From Bacteroidota bacterium (lineage in GTDB: Bacteria > Bacteroidota > Bacteroidia > AKYH767-A > OLB10), in assembly GCA_046303115.1 (NCBI GenBank), contig JBKCGZ010000166.1, positions 6,389-70,388 on the forward strand: 64,000 nt of DNA, given 5' to 3'. Below the pieces are notes generated by a model, which was not told the origin of the DNA, did not search any database, and saw nothing but the letters and a program-made list of their open reading frames with translations. Positions 48,138 to 57,985 of the stretch are shown here, piece after piece (the stretch's first letter is position 1; the number at the start of each line of letters is the position of its first letter). Position numbers and translations under genes: made by a program.

Positions 48138-48920
48138 ATGAAAAAGATTCTCCAATCTTTTGTCGCACTTTCCTTTTTATTGTTTTTAAGCTCATGTAGA
48201 AATGTACTTGAGGTAACTTATTTTCAAGAATCAAAGGATACCGCTGTTGTTAGCAAACAGAAATTTATTGAAGAACATTATGTTTCTGTGATACAACCAT
48301 ACGATATTTTATCAATATATGTAAGCAGTTTGAATCCTGAAGCTACTTCTTTTTTTAATGTATTTAGTAAATCAGAGGGCCCAACTGTTGGGGATAGTTA
48401 CTCAACCCGTCCTAATGTAGGTTACCTTGTAGATGCTGAAGGAAATATAGATATGCCGTTAGTAGGTAAAATCAAACTTGTAGGACTATCAACCATTCAG
48501 GCGAAAAGTTATATAGAAAAGCAATTAGAAAAATACTTACAACAACCAAGCGTAAGAATTTACTTTGAAAATTTCAAAGTGACTTTACTTGGTGAGGTAA
48601 CACATCCAGGAGTTTACACGGTAACAAACGAAAAACTAACTTTACCTGAAGCAATAGGTTTAGCAGGTGATTTATCCATTTTTGGTAACAGAAAAGAAAT
48701 AATGCTTATCCGTGAAGTAAAAGGAGAGAAATTTTATATACCAATTGACTTAACAAGAAGAGATTTATTTTACTCGCCATATTACTACTTACATTCAAAC
48801 GATATTTTATATGTACCACCTGTGAAAGACAAGGTATCACAGTCAGACAACTTCTACAAAATAGCTCCTTTACTCATCAGTTTAGGAACGTTAGCCGCAT
48901 TTGTGTTATTTAACCGATAG
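48138..48920 (+). CDS. wza: Polysaccharide export outer-membrane protein (Wza/GumB family)
   Basis: 260 aa. Signal peptide. Poly_export motif PYDILSIYV, followed by an SLBB domain. Confidence 0.85.
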   Translation: MKKILQSFVALSFLLFLSSCRNVLEVTYFQESKDTAVVSKQKFIEEHYVSVIQPYDILSIYVSSLNPEATSFFNVFSKSEGPTVGDSYSTRPNVGYLVDAEGNIDMPLVGKIKLVGLSTIQAKSYIEKQLEKYLQQPSVRIYFENFKVTLLGEVTHPGVYTVTNEKLTLPEAIGLAGDLSIFGNRKEIMLIREVKGEKFYIPIDLTRRDLFYSPYYYLHSNDILYVPPVKDKVSQSDNFYKIAPLLISLGTLAAFVLFNR

Positions 48921-48948
48921 CATATTACTTACTTAATCTAATTGAACA

Positions 48949-51429
48949 ATGAATCAGGACACTACTAACGCCTACGACTACAAAGTAAACAACCCCAATA
49001 ACGATCAGAAAAACGAAAGTGAAAATACCATTAACCTTTCGCAAATAATAAACAAGTATTTCCTTCGCTATTGGTATTTATATGTTTATACATTAAGCCT
49101 TTCATTAGTTACAGCTTACTTTTATAACTGGTATGCAGACAGAGTTTATTTTTCATCATGTACCGTATTGATTAAAGACGAGAAGAAAAACGTTAACAGC
49201 AGTGATTTATTAACGCAGCTAGGGGCATTTAATAACGAAGGCGGTATTGAAAATGAAATAGGGATTATACGTTCAAGAATGCTCATATCCAAAACGATTG
49301 AAGAATTACAACTTTATAAAAGCTATTATCTAATTGGTGATGTAAAAACTTCTGAAATTTTTGCACTCAAGCCTTTTGAATTAAAAGAAGATACTCTTTA
49401 TAGTCTTGCTTTTAATACATCCATTAAATTGGAAATTATAAACAGTAATAAGTATAAACTAACTTACCAAAAGGGAAATACAGAACATATAGGTTATTAT
49501 TTATTTAATCGTAAAATAAGCAACGATTTAGGAATATTTTCAATCGATAAGACATCTGACTTTAGTCGACAGCCATACGATTCAAAAAATTTCACAAAAA
49601 GAAAATTCATTGTTAAAGTTGCAGATAAAAGTCTATTAACTGATATTTATCAAAGCGCTTTAAAAGCAGAGCCCATCAGCAAACAAGCTTCGATGCTTCA
49701 AATATCAATTCAGGGAGCTACTCCATCTAAGAATGAAGCATTCTTAAATAAACTTTGCGAGCTTTATGTAAAGAAAGGGATTGAAGTCAAAAATGAATAT
49801 GCTGTTAACACACTTAACTTCATTGAACAGCAGCTTGGGGCATTGACTGGTGAGATTAATGAGAATGAAGTTAACGTAGAAAGATTCAGAGTTTCAAGAG
49901 GGATAACTGATTTATCTATTGAAGCCAACGCATATTTAGAAAGTGTAAAAAACTTCAACGGACAAATTTCACAATTGGCAGTGCAAAGCAGCTTTCTTGA
50001 TTACCTTGGTGGTTATGTTAAATCAGACAATAAAAATTTAACAGGAAATATATCACCAGGAAGTATATTAGTTAATGATCCATTATTACAAAGCTTAGTT
50101 TTAAAACTAAATGAATTAGAAAACAAGAAAAAGTCGCAATCTAACTTATCTAAGGAAGACAATCCGTTAATGGTTAGTTTAAATACTGAAATTGCAAATA
50201 CTAAAGCGGCATTATCAGAAAACATTAAATCACTCAAAAGTGGAATTAATGCTTCCTTAAGCGAAGCCAGAAGTCAGCGAGGAAGTGTTGAATCTAAGTT
50301 AAGAAGATTACCAAGTGCACAACGAGAATTACAAGGGATGTTAAGAGGTTCAAATATTAAAGAACAGCTTTACTCCTACCTATTACAGAAAAAAGCAGAG
50401 ACAGCTATCTTATTAGCATCAACAACTGCTGATAACCGAGTAATTGATAATGCAAGGACATTTATCAAGCCTCTTAAGCCGATACAAAGTTTAAGTTACA
50501 CCATTGCCGTTATATTCGGTTTGATATTACCTGCGTTCTTTATTTATATCAGAACTGCTTTTAACGATCGCATTATCGACCGTAATGATTTAGACGCAAG
50601 AACAAACATTCCTGTAATAGGTATGATTGGATTAAGTGCCTCAAAGTCAAACTTGGTTGTAACTGAAAAGCCGAACTCTCATATTTCGGAAGCATTTAGA
50701 ACAATCCGTACCAACTTGCAATATTTCAATCAAGGCAATCAAAAAGCAACTATTCTCATAACATCATCAATCTCATCGGAAGGAAAAAGTTTTACGTCTG
50801 TAAACCTTGCGTGTATGATGGCTATGTCTGGTAGAAAAACAATCCTGGTAGGTTGCGACTTACGTAAACCTAAAATAGCTATCGGATTTGACTTCGTATC
50901 AGAGATTGGATTAAGTAATTATTTGATTGGATTAAATACCGAAAAAGAAATTATTCAAAACTCGGGAACGATTCCTAATCTTGATATTATCTTATCAGGA
51001 CCTAAGCCTCCTAACCCATCTGAATTAATTATCTCTCCAAAAATGGAAGAGTTATTCGTTTATTTAAAAGCGAATTATGATTATATCATTCTCGATACAC
51101 CTCCTGTTGGATTGATCACAGATGCGATGGTACTTTCAAAGTATGTAGATGTAAGTATATACATGGTTCGTCAGCGTGTAACCAGAAAACACCATTTGAA
51201 CTTTATCAATAAACTATATAACGAAGGTAAATTAAAAAATGTCTGCATTGTATTTAACGCTATCAAGGCATCTAACAGAAGCTATGGTTATGGATATGAA
51301 TACGGATATGGATATGGGTATGGATACGGTTATGGCTATGGTTATGGCTATTACGAAGAAGATAAGGAAAGAAAAAGTTTAAAATCTACTTTTAAAAAGC
51401 TATTTAAACGAAAGAGTTCCAAAGCCTAA
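48949..51429 (+). CDS. wzc: Polysaccharide co-polymerase / BY-kinase (Wzc-like tyrosine autokinase)
   Basis: 826 aa. Wzz-like N-domain with two TMs. Walker A-like TSSISSEGKSFTSVNLA. Walker B YDYIILDTPPVG. Tail SYGYGYEYGYGYGYGYGYGYGYGYY. Confidence 0.85.
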   Translation: MNQDTTNAYDYKVNNPNNDQKNESENTINLSQIINKYFLRYWYLYVYTLSLSLVTAYFYNWYADRVYFSSCTVLIKDEKKNVNSSDLLTQLGAFNNEGGIENEIGIIRSRMLISKTIEELQLYKSYYLIGDVKTSEIFALKPFELKEDTLYSLAFNTSIKLEIINSNKYKLTYQKGNTEHIGYYLFNRKISNDLGIFSIDKTSDFSRQPYDSKNFTKRKFIVKVADKSLLTDIYQSALKAEPISKQASMLQISIQGATPSKNEAFLNKLCELYVKKGIEVKNEYAVNTLNFIEQQLGALTGEINENEVNVERFRVSRGITDLSIEANAYLESVKNFNGQISQLAVQSSFLDYLGGYVKSDNKNLTGNISPGSILVNDPLLQSLVLKLNELENKKKSQSNLSKEDNPLMVSLNTEIANTKAALSENIKSLKSGINASLSEARSQRGSVESKLRRLPSAQRELQGMLRGSNIKEQLYSYLLQKKAETAILLASTTADNRVIDNARTFIKPLKPIQSLSYTIAVIFGLILPAFFIYIRTAFNDRIIDRNDLDARTNIPVIGMIGLSASKSNLVVTEKPNSHISEAFRTIRTNLQYFNQGNQKATILITSSISSEGKSFTSVNLACMMAMSGRKTILVGCDLRKPKIAIGFDFVSEIGLSNYLIGLNTEKEIIQNSGTIPNLDIILSGPKPPNPSELIISPKMEELFVYLKANYDYIILDTPPVGLITDAMVLSKYVDVSIYMVRQRVTRKHHLNFINKLYNEGKLKNVCIVFNAIKASNRSYGYGYEYGYGYGYGYGYGYGYGYYEEDKERKSLKSTFKKLFKRKSSKA
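51281..51354. repeat. Tandem hexanucleotide (GGN-TAY)n repeat encoding the (GY)12 tail of Wzc
   Basis: gctatggttatggatatgaatacggatatggatatgggtatggatacggttatggctatggttatggctattac. Confidence 0.8.
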
Positions 51430-51445
51430 CTTAATAAATTAGACG

Positions 51446-53959
51446 ATGAAACAAATTCGTGCTAAACTAAAATCTGTTTTAGACGGAGAGACCCAAACAC
51501 TATTTAAAAACAGTGTTTGGGTTTTTGTGTCAAACATTTATGGTGTATTGCTCGCCTTCCTGCGATCAATAGTGATAGCACGTGGATTAGGTGCTGAAAT
51601 CCTGGGAATTTACTCAGTCATAATTGCTTTTGTTTTAACTATTCAAGAAGTAATAAAACTAAATGTCCCATTAGGAATTATTAAATTCGGCGCACAATTT
51701 ATTTCACACAAATCACCTGAAAAAGTAATCAGCCTTCTAAAAAGAGGCATCATGTATAGCATGCTTTCTGCATTGCTATCGGTTATTGTCATTGCAATAA
51801 TAACTCATTTTTTATATCCGCACTTTTTCGATATTGTAGGACTACAGAAATTTATCATTCTTTATGCGGCAGTAAATGGAATTTGCTTTTTAGACAATAT
51901 AGGAAGAGCTGTATTAAAAATCTATTATCGATTTAAAGTGAATTCCATCGTTCAAATAATAATGGACACAATTGAATTTGCGGCCATAACACTTTCTATT
52001 TATTATTTCCCAAATAATCTTGACTATTTCTTTTATACAGTCATATCGACTAAATTATTGAATTCCTTAATCTGTAATTTGTCAGTTATTATTGAATTAA
52101 GAAAGGACTTGTTCCCTTATTTAAAAACACCTGTTAGTGCTATCAAAAGTCATTACTCCGAAATACGTCATTTTATATTTGGAAATTCATTTGGAAACAC
52201 TTTGAAAACTTTTTTAAATCAAGGCGATATTCTTCTATTGAATCTCTTAGGCACTCATGCCACTGTAGGATTTTATGCGGTATCCAAAAAACTAGCTTAT
52301 GCTATTTTAATTGTAACTGACCCTTTAGTAACTTCTATTTACCCTCAATTAGCTCACCTAGTTGCACAAAACAAATGGAAAGAATTAAAGTTAATGATAG
52401 GTAAAATTACCAGAATTGCATTAATCCCATCAGCAATTGCGACAATTATAATTTTCTTTTTGAAAGGAAATATTATAACATTTCTTTACGGGCCATCATT
52501 TATTCAATCTGTACCAACCTTCTTTATTCATTTTATGGGTGCTGCATCTGGCTCAATATTATTTTGGACGTTGCCATTAATGCAAGGCCTCAACCTAACT
52601 AACAAAAGAATTAAGATTTATTTGTTTGCAATTCTAATCAATTTCGTTTTAGCTTATCTTCTGACTTCACATTTAGGGCCTGTTGGGGTTGCAATTGGTT
52701 TGCTATCTGCTAATTTATTTATCAATTGCTATTTTGATTTTTATTGTCTGAAAAGAATAAATAAAAAAATTACGTTAAGTGATGATACTAGAGAAACAGT
52801 ATACATATATTTATCGCCATATGATATATTAAGACCGAGAACAAATCAACTAAGTGATGTTCGTTTTTGTGATGGGTTTGTACAAAATAATAGAACTATC
52901 CACCTCGTAGTTCCCTTTGTAAAAAGAGAAGATAATATTTCTAAAGAAGATGTTCCAAGAATTTATGGAATTTCAGACAAATTAAACATTCACTATTTAA
53001 ACACAAATTTTAAATCCGATGTAAAAGGGAAAATTAATCTAATAAAAATAGTTGTTCTTAATTACTTCAAAATAAGAAAACTCTCTAGTGATAAACAACG
53101 TAATTACATTGTTATTTCAAGGAGCCTTGCCATCTTATTTCCCTTTTTAATTACAAAGGCGTTTAACAGAAAAAATTTAAAGTTTACTTATTGGGCACAT
53201 GACTTTAGTAAGAAAAAATTATTTCATTGGAGCTACGGCTTATGCGATAATATAATTGCTACAAATTCTTCTATTACAAATTCAATTTATCAGCTTACCA
53301 ATTACCCTATTAACAAAACAATTATTTCATCAAATCCAATTACACAAAATCAAGCTGATGACTACATTGATAAAATTGAAGCCAGAGACTTACTTGAAAT
53401 AAAACATTCTAAACAAGTGGTTGTTTATACTGGAAAGTTAGCAATTGACTATAACTTAGAATTAGAATATATTTTAAAAGCCGCTAAGCGTTTACCAAAA
53501 TTTGAATTTATTTTTACCGGTGGCACTCCTTTAGCCGTTGATTATTGGAAAGAATGGTGCGATGATAATGGAATTGACAATGCGGTTTTCACTGGATATA
53601 TTCACGATTATCAAAAAATAAAATACTATCAGTTTGCTGCTGATATCCTTGTTTCATATTATACAAAACAGGGACATGATGTCAACTATAATTTCCCCAA
53701 TAAAATATGTGAATACATGCTCACTGGGAATCCAATTGTCACTCCGAACTACCCAGCCACTCAAGATATTTTAAATGAACACAACTGTTATTTCGTAGCA
53801 CCAGAAAATGATATCGAGTTAGCAAACAAAATAAAAATGGCTATAGAAGACGAAGAAAAATCAGCAATTATCGCTAGCCAGGCACGTTTTGATGTCCAAC
53901 AAAACACTTTTAAAATAAGAGTTTCAAATATTATTAACTTTTTAGAAAGCAATGACTAA
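51446..53959 (+). CDS. Fusion protein: Wzx-type polysaccharide flippase (MOP superfamily, about 440 aa, about 12 TM) plus GT4-family glycosyltransferase
   Basis: 837 aa, one uninterrupted ORF. The N-half is all TM helices. The C-half has a GT-B fold with the E-x7-E motif NKICEYMLTGNPIV and no TM. Confidence 0.7.
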   Translation: MKQIRAKLKSVLDGETQTLFKNSVWVFVSNIYGVLLAFLRSIVIARGLGAEILGIYSVIIAFVLTIQEVIKLNVPLGIIKFGAQFISHKSPEKVISLLKRGIMYSMLSALLSVIVIAIITHFLYPHFFDIVGLQKFIILYAAVNGICFLDNIGRAVLKIYYRFKVNSIVQIIMDTIEFAAITLSIYYFPNNLDYFFYTVISTKLLNSLICNLSVIIELRKDLFPYLKTPVSAIKSHYSEIRHFIFGNSFGNTLKTFLNQGDILLLNLLGTHATVGFYAVSKKLAYAILIVTDPLVTSIYPQLAHLVAQNKWKELKLMIGKITRIALIPSAIATIIIFFLKGNIITFLYGPSFIQSVPTFFIHFMGAASGSILFWTLPLMQGLNLTNKRIKIYLFAILINFVLAYLLTSHLGPVGVAIGLLSANLFINCYFDFYCLKRINKKITLSDDTRETVYIYLSPYDILRPRTNQLSDVRFCDGFVQNNRTIHLVVPFVKREDNISKEDVPRIYGISDKLNIHYLNTNFKSDVKGKINLIKIVVLNYFKIRKLSSDKQRNYIVISRSLAILFPFLITKAFNRKNLKFTYWAHDFSKKKLFHWSYGLCDNIIATNSSITNSIYQLTNYPINKTIISSNPITQNQADDYIDKIEARDLLEIKHSKQVVVYTGKLAIDYNLELEYILKAAKRLPKFEFIFTGGTPLAVDYWKEWCDDNGIDNAVFTGYIHDYQKIKYYQFAADILVSYYTKQGHDVNYNFPNKICEYMLTGNPIVTPNYPATQDILNEHNCYFVAPENDIELANKIKMAIEDEEKSAIIASQARFDVQQNTFKIRVSNIINFLESND

Positions 53960-54893
53960 TTTGTCGAAATATTTAAACTATGGTTATACCAACCGATTAA
54001 GTAAATACTTGTCAAAGTTATTACCTGATCGTTTAGTTTTTTCATTTTTAGTGAAAACGAATTCGGCTCAGCAAAACAACACTTCTTCAAATACAGAAAC
54101 AATAGAATTATCAACATTAAATCAAAACAATACTTTAGCTAAAGAACTTAAATTACTATGCTCATCTTATAATTTTGAAAACAACATATCACTTGTTGTA
54201 TTTGGAAGTTTTTCAACGGAAGAGCTGATTACCTATAGTGACTTTGATGGTGTATTGATTTATGACGAAACGAAATTCATCAATTTTAGATTGATAATTC
54301 AATTACGAAAGATAATCGAACAAATTAATTTATATGCACACCTTCAAGATAGTTTACAACACCACGGAATTTTAGTTGTCGGAAAAAATGAACTCCTGAA
54401 CAACTCAAATAGTATCATAAATCAATTAATTAAAGAGTCGAAAGTTATTTCTGGCGACAGAATAATAAGATTAAACATTCAAAGTAATTCAAACTACAGA
54501 GATTCATTAAACAAATTAATTAAAAGCATTCAATTAAAATTACATCAAGAAGCAAAATGGACGAACCAATACTTTTTTAAAAACTTATTGAGTGAATTAT
54601 TACTGCTCCCCTGTTCATATTTACAATACAAAACAGAGAACTACGTATCAAAAAAAGATAGTTTTGAATTAATAAAAAACCATTTATTGTCTAATGAAAT
54701 AAATTTAATTAGCGAGCTGGAAAAAATCAGAACAAACTGGACTCAACCAATTATAAATAATCAAGATTTATCACACACCTCCGTTGAAAAAATCAAAAAC
54801 AATTCTAAAACACAAATAGAAGCTATCTCTACATTATCAGAAATAAAAGAAGATTTGCTTTCATTTATTATTAGATTAAAACCGAATGATTAA
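53952..54893 (+). CDS. Pol-beta-superfamily nucleotidyltransferase-fold protein, function unknown
   Basis: 313 aa. LVVFGSFSTEELITYSDFDGVLIYDE matches G-S-x(9-12)-D-x-D. AT-rich, with N/S/K low-complexity flanks. ATGACTAA overlap with the upstream gene. Confidence 0.45.
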   Translation: MTNLSKYLNYGYTNRLSKYLSKLLPDRLVFSFLVKTNSAQQNNTSSNTETIELSTLNQNNTLAKELKLLCSSYNFENNISLVVFGSFSTEELITYSDFDGVLIYDETKFINFRLIIQLRKIIEQINLYAHLQDSLQHHGILVVGKNELLNNSNSIINQLIKESKVISGDRIIRLNIQSNSNYRDSLNKLIKSIQLKLHQEAKWTNQYFFKNLLSELLLLPCSYLQYKTENYVSKKDSFELIKNHLLSNEINLISELEKIRTNWTQPIINNQDLSHTSVEKIKNNSKTQIEAISTLSEIKEDLLSFIIRLKPND

Positions 54894-56286
54894 AATAGCA
54901 TTTATAATCGATAAAGGGTTTATGCAATCTCTAATTGAGAAATGCAGGAAACAACTTTTGTCTGATTTAAATTGCAGTATTGATACAATTCAATGGAATC
55001 ATGAATTACGAAAAAGCTTTTCAAAAGCCGATGAATATGATTTTGTGATTAATTTTTCAACGCATACATTATTTAAGAAAGATTATCCGCACGAAAATCT
55101 TATACAAATTCCATTTATTTCTAATTTGCGATCAGGAATATCTAGAGAATTATATCAAAGCATTATCAATAATGATGATAGTTTTTTACTGAATACAATA
55201 AAAACGTTTGCAGGAAAACAATCTTTTCAAATACATGGGCATCGCTATTTACTAATCCATCATTCGTATAATCGATCATTTAAATTTATAATTGATAAAA
55301 TTCCAAACTTATTGATTGAATCGATAAATCGTTTCCATATTGAGAACCAAACAATCTGGCAAGACAATCATCCGAAGTCAATACCAATTAGAAAATACAA
55401 GTTTGAACTATTCATTAAGAAGATAAAGCATTACCTTAAAACTGCATTTACCTACCATTATTGGAAAACTGGTATTATAGAAAACACCGTTTCGGAAGTG
55501 CTAAAAAACAAAATACTGCTTAAACAAGTACAGTGGATAAAAACTAAAAACAAACGAGATTTTATCGCTGACCCTTTTGGTTTTACTACAGGAAATGGTG
55601 ACTATATCATTTATGAGAAATACAATTGGAATAAAAAGAAAGGGCATATTGAAGTAAGCGAACGCTTAACACAAAGAATTGTATTTAAATTAAAAGCTGA
55701 TTTCCATTTTAGTTATCCGTTTGTATTGGAAGACTCAAACGAAATTTATATTATTCCAGAAACACACCAGACCAATTCGATTGACCTATACAAATGGAAT
55801 GATAATAAACAGGAAATGGAAATGACAAAAACAATAATTGATAATTTTCCTGGAGTAGACAATACCATCTTAAAACACAATAATAAATATTGGTTATTCT
55901 GCACGACATCAAAGTATAAAATGTCAGACCATCAATTAAATCTATTTTATGCAGATAAATTAACAGGAAATTGGACCCCACACCCCCTGAATCCCATTGT
56001 AACATCAATCACTAATTCAAGACCAGCAGGAAGCTTTATCAAAATAGGAGGAAAAATTATTCGTCCTTCACAAAATAGCGGATTAACCTATGGTGGCAAA
56101 ATAGTTTTCAATGAAATCATAGAACTATCAGAAACAAAATATGCTGAAAAGATTATTGAAGTGTTCTCTCCAGAAGATTTCAAAAATAAAAGTATAAAGG
56201 GTATTCATACGATAAGCCCATTGGGCAATTCAACTTTAATTGATGCCAAATTCACAGGATTTAAAATTGGTAAACTTCATTTCTAG
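54886..56286 (+). CDS. Hypothetical two-domain protein: N-terminal alpha/beta domain plus C-terminal GH43-like five-bladed beta-propeller-type domain
   Basis: 466 aa. The C-half starts FIADPFGFTTGNGDYIIYE and continues WTPHPLNPIV...GSFIKIGGKIIRP...GLTYGGKIVF, resembling a GH43/GH32-type propeller. Confidence 0.4.
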   Translation: MIKIAFIIDKGFMQSLIEKCRKQLLSDLNCSIDTIQWNHELRKSFSKADEYDFVINFSTHTLFKKDYPHENLIQIPFISNLRSGISRELYQSIINNDDSFLLNTIKTFAGKQSFQIHGHRYLLIHHSYNRSFKFIIDKIPNLLIESINRFHIENQTIWQDNHPKSIPIRKYKFELFIKKIKHYLKTAFTYHYWKTGIIENTVSEVLKNKILLKQVQWIKTKNKRDFIADPFGFTTGNGDYIIYEKYNWNKKKGHIEVSERLTQRIVFKLKADFHFSYPFVLEDSNEIYIIPETHQTNSIDLYKWNDNKQEMEMTKTIIDNFPGVDNTILKHNNKYWLFCTTSKYKMSDHQLNLFYADKLTGNWTPHPLNPIVTSITNSRPAGSFIKIGGKIIRPSQNSGLTYGGKIVFNEIIELSETKYAEKIIEVFSPEDFKNKSIKGIHTISPLGNSTLIDAKFTGFKIGKLHF

Positions 56287-56287
56287 T

Positions 56288-57265
56288 ATGCAGATCATCA
56301 ATTATCCTTTAACAGGCTATCAAAAAGAAGACTACTTTCATTTATATGAAAAAGTTGTTGATTCGCTGAAAACCAATCCAGCTATTAAATGCATCTGTAC
56401 TTTTGGAGGTGTAAATCAACCAGGCATTTCTGATATTGACTTGCTGATCACGTTTAAAAATGATTGCCGTTTTAGTGGTGATATAATTTCCGATCTGACA
56501 GAAAGAGAAAGATTGTTGTTTACACATGGAGTAATGGCACTTTCAGAGCAACATTGGTTTCAGAATAAATCCTACGCGATGTGGGACAATCAAAAATTAA
56601 TTTTCGGAGAACAACCTGACGGTAACAACATTTTAGTTTCGAATGAAGAATTATCAGCTCTAAAAAAACAAACCGCTTTAGAATTTCTATTTACTAACTA
56701 TATTGACTTGACGTTGCAGAAGGAATATGGAGTAATTAAATTGAGAGATTTACTTCAACATACCAAAGGACTAACGTACGATTTAAATTATTTGAATTTG
56801 TTGAACACTTCAATCGATAATTACATCTCAAATGCAAAAGAATGGATTGCTAACTGGCATCAGAAACAACCAAGCAATCGAGAGATTGAAAAATGGTTTA
56901 TTGATTTTCATCAAGCTTATTCAAAATTTATACAATCAGTATTTGAAGCAGACAAAATTTATTTGCCAGGATCTGTAAATAGAAATTTTTCAAAAAATAT
57001 TATACTTAAATCATCTAAAACAATCTCATATACACGCAGTGGATTACTTCTTCCTTCATTCATTGCTCCTCTAGGGCAAAAACGATATTTAAAATTAATG
57101 AACAAACTCAATAATTTTGAGTTTTCATTACCTTACACAGCTAACGCCGATAACAGTATATTAGAAAAAAGAATTCAGTTCTTTAAAGAAATGAAAATGT
57201 ACAATCAATTACATTTTCCAAAACTTGGATTACTTACAACAAGTTTAATGTCAAAATTAGTTTAA
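56288..57265 (+). CDS. Pol-beta-superfamily nucleotidyltransferase (NTP_transf_2-like) protein, function unknown
   Basis: 326 aa from ATG 56288. ICTFGGVNQPGISDIDLLITF is a canonical hG[GS]x(7-10)[ST]DxDhhh motif. Confidence 0.5.
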   Translation: MQIINYPLTGYQKEDYFHLYEKVVDSLKTNPAIKCICTFGGVNQPGISDIDLLITFKNDCRFSGDIISDLTERERLLFTHGVMALSEQHWFQNKSYAMWDNQKLIFGEQPDGNNILVSNEELSALKKQTALEFLFTNYIDLTLQKEYGVIKLRDLLQHTKGLTYDLNYLNLLNTSIDNYISNAKEWIANWHQKQPSNREIEKWFIDFHQAYSKFIQSVFEADKIYLPGSVNRNFSKNIILKSSKTISYTRSGLLLPSFIAPLGQKRYLKLMNKLNNFEFSLPYTANADNSILEKRIQFFKEMKMYNQLHFPKLGLLTTSLMSKLV

Positions 57266-57267
57266 CA

Positions 57268-57984
57268 ATGGAATTAAAAAACCCCGGTGCATTAATCGAA
57301 AATAATTGGAGATACAATTTTTTAAAAGAGTATTTTAAAAACAATCCATTTAAAGGTGCTACATTACTTGATTTAGGATGTGGACCACGCCCCTATTATT
57401 CGATTTACAAAAACTATTTCGACAAATCGATTGGAGCTGAAATGGCTGACATGCCTTTCCCACAAAAAGCAATTGATATTTACTGCTCAGCTACTGATGT
57501 TCCTTTGCCTGATGAAAGCATTGATTGTATCTTATGTACAGAGGTAATGCAAGACATGAAGGAGCCATCCGAATTAATCAATGAATGCTATAGATTATTA
57601 AAAAAAGGTGGAACATTAATTCTTACTACTCCATACCTTGTACCGATTGCTGATGGACAATGGGATAATTATCGCTTTACGCAATATGGATTAAAATACA
57701 CAATTGAAAAAGGTGGATTTAGAGAGCTATCTGTTTATCCTGTAAGCGATGTCGTTGGTGCCGGAATCACCTTACTAGTGAAGCCTGTATTGCGTTTCTG
57801 GAATTTATTAGCAAAAGCTACGCGCATTAAATTACTAGGACAATGGTATAATCCATTACTATTTATTACAGTAATGATTCCTCAATTAGTGTACATGGCT
57901 TTACGTCCATTACCAATTTTAAAATCTGCATTCAAAAATTTCAGCTACGGACCTATTGGTTATATAACTATATCAAAAAAATAA
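57268..57984 (+). CDS. Class I SAM-dependent methyltransferase
   Basis: 238 aa. Motif I ATLLDLGCGPRPY. Post-I acidic residue. LLKKGGTLILTTP. Confidence 0.8.
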   Translation: MELKNPGALIENNWRYNFLKEYFKNNPFKGATLLDLGCGPRPYYSIYKNYFDKSIGAEMADMPFPQKAIDIYCSATDVPLPDESIDCILCTEVMQDMKEPSELINECYRLLKKGGTLILTTPYLVPIADGQWDNYRFTQYGLKYTIEKGGFRELSVYPVSDVVGAGITLLVKPVLRFWNLLAKATRIKLLGQWYNPLLFITVMIPQLVYMALRPLPILKSAFKNFSYGPIGYITISKK

Positions 57985-57985
57985 A

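Noticed and set aside
53952-57265. CBASS/CD-NTase-type anti-phage system (nucleotidyltransferase plus effector)
   Set aside because: The nucleotidyltransferase motifs are of the generic Pol-beta (NTP_transf_2) type. There is no recognisable effector (no TM, phospholipase, nuclease or TIR), no Cap2/Cap3 and no HORMA/TRIP13 partner. The genes are translationally coupled into a glycan-biosynthesis operon. A glycan-modification role is therefore favoured, and the defence idea is kept only as a remote alternative.
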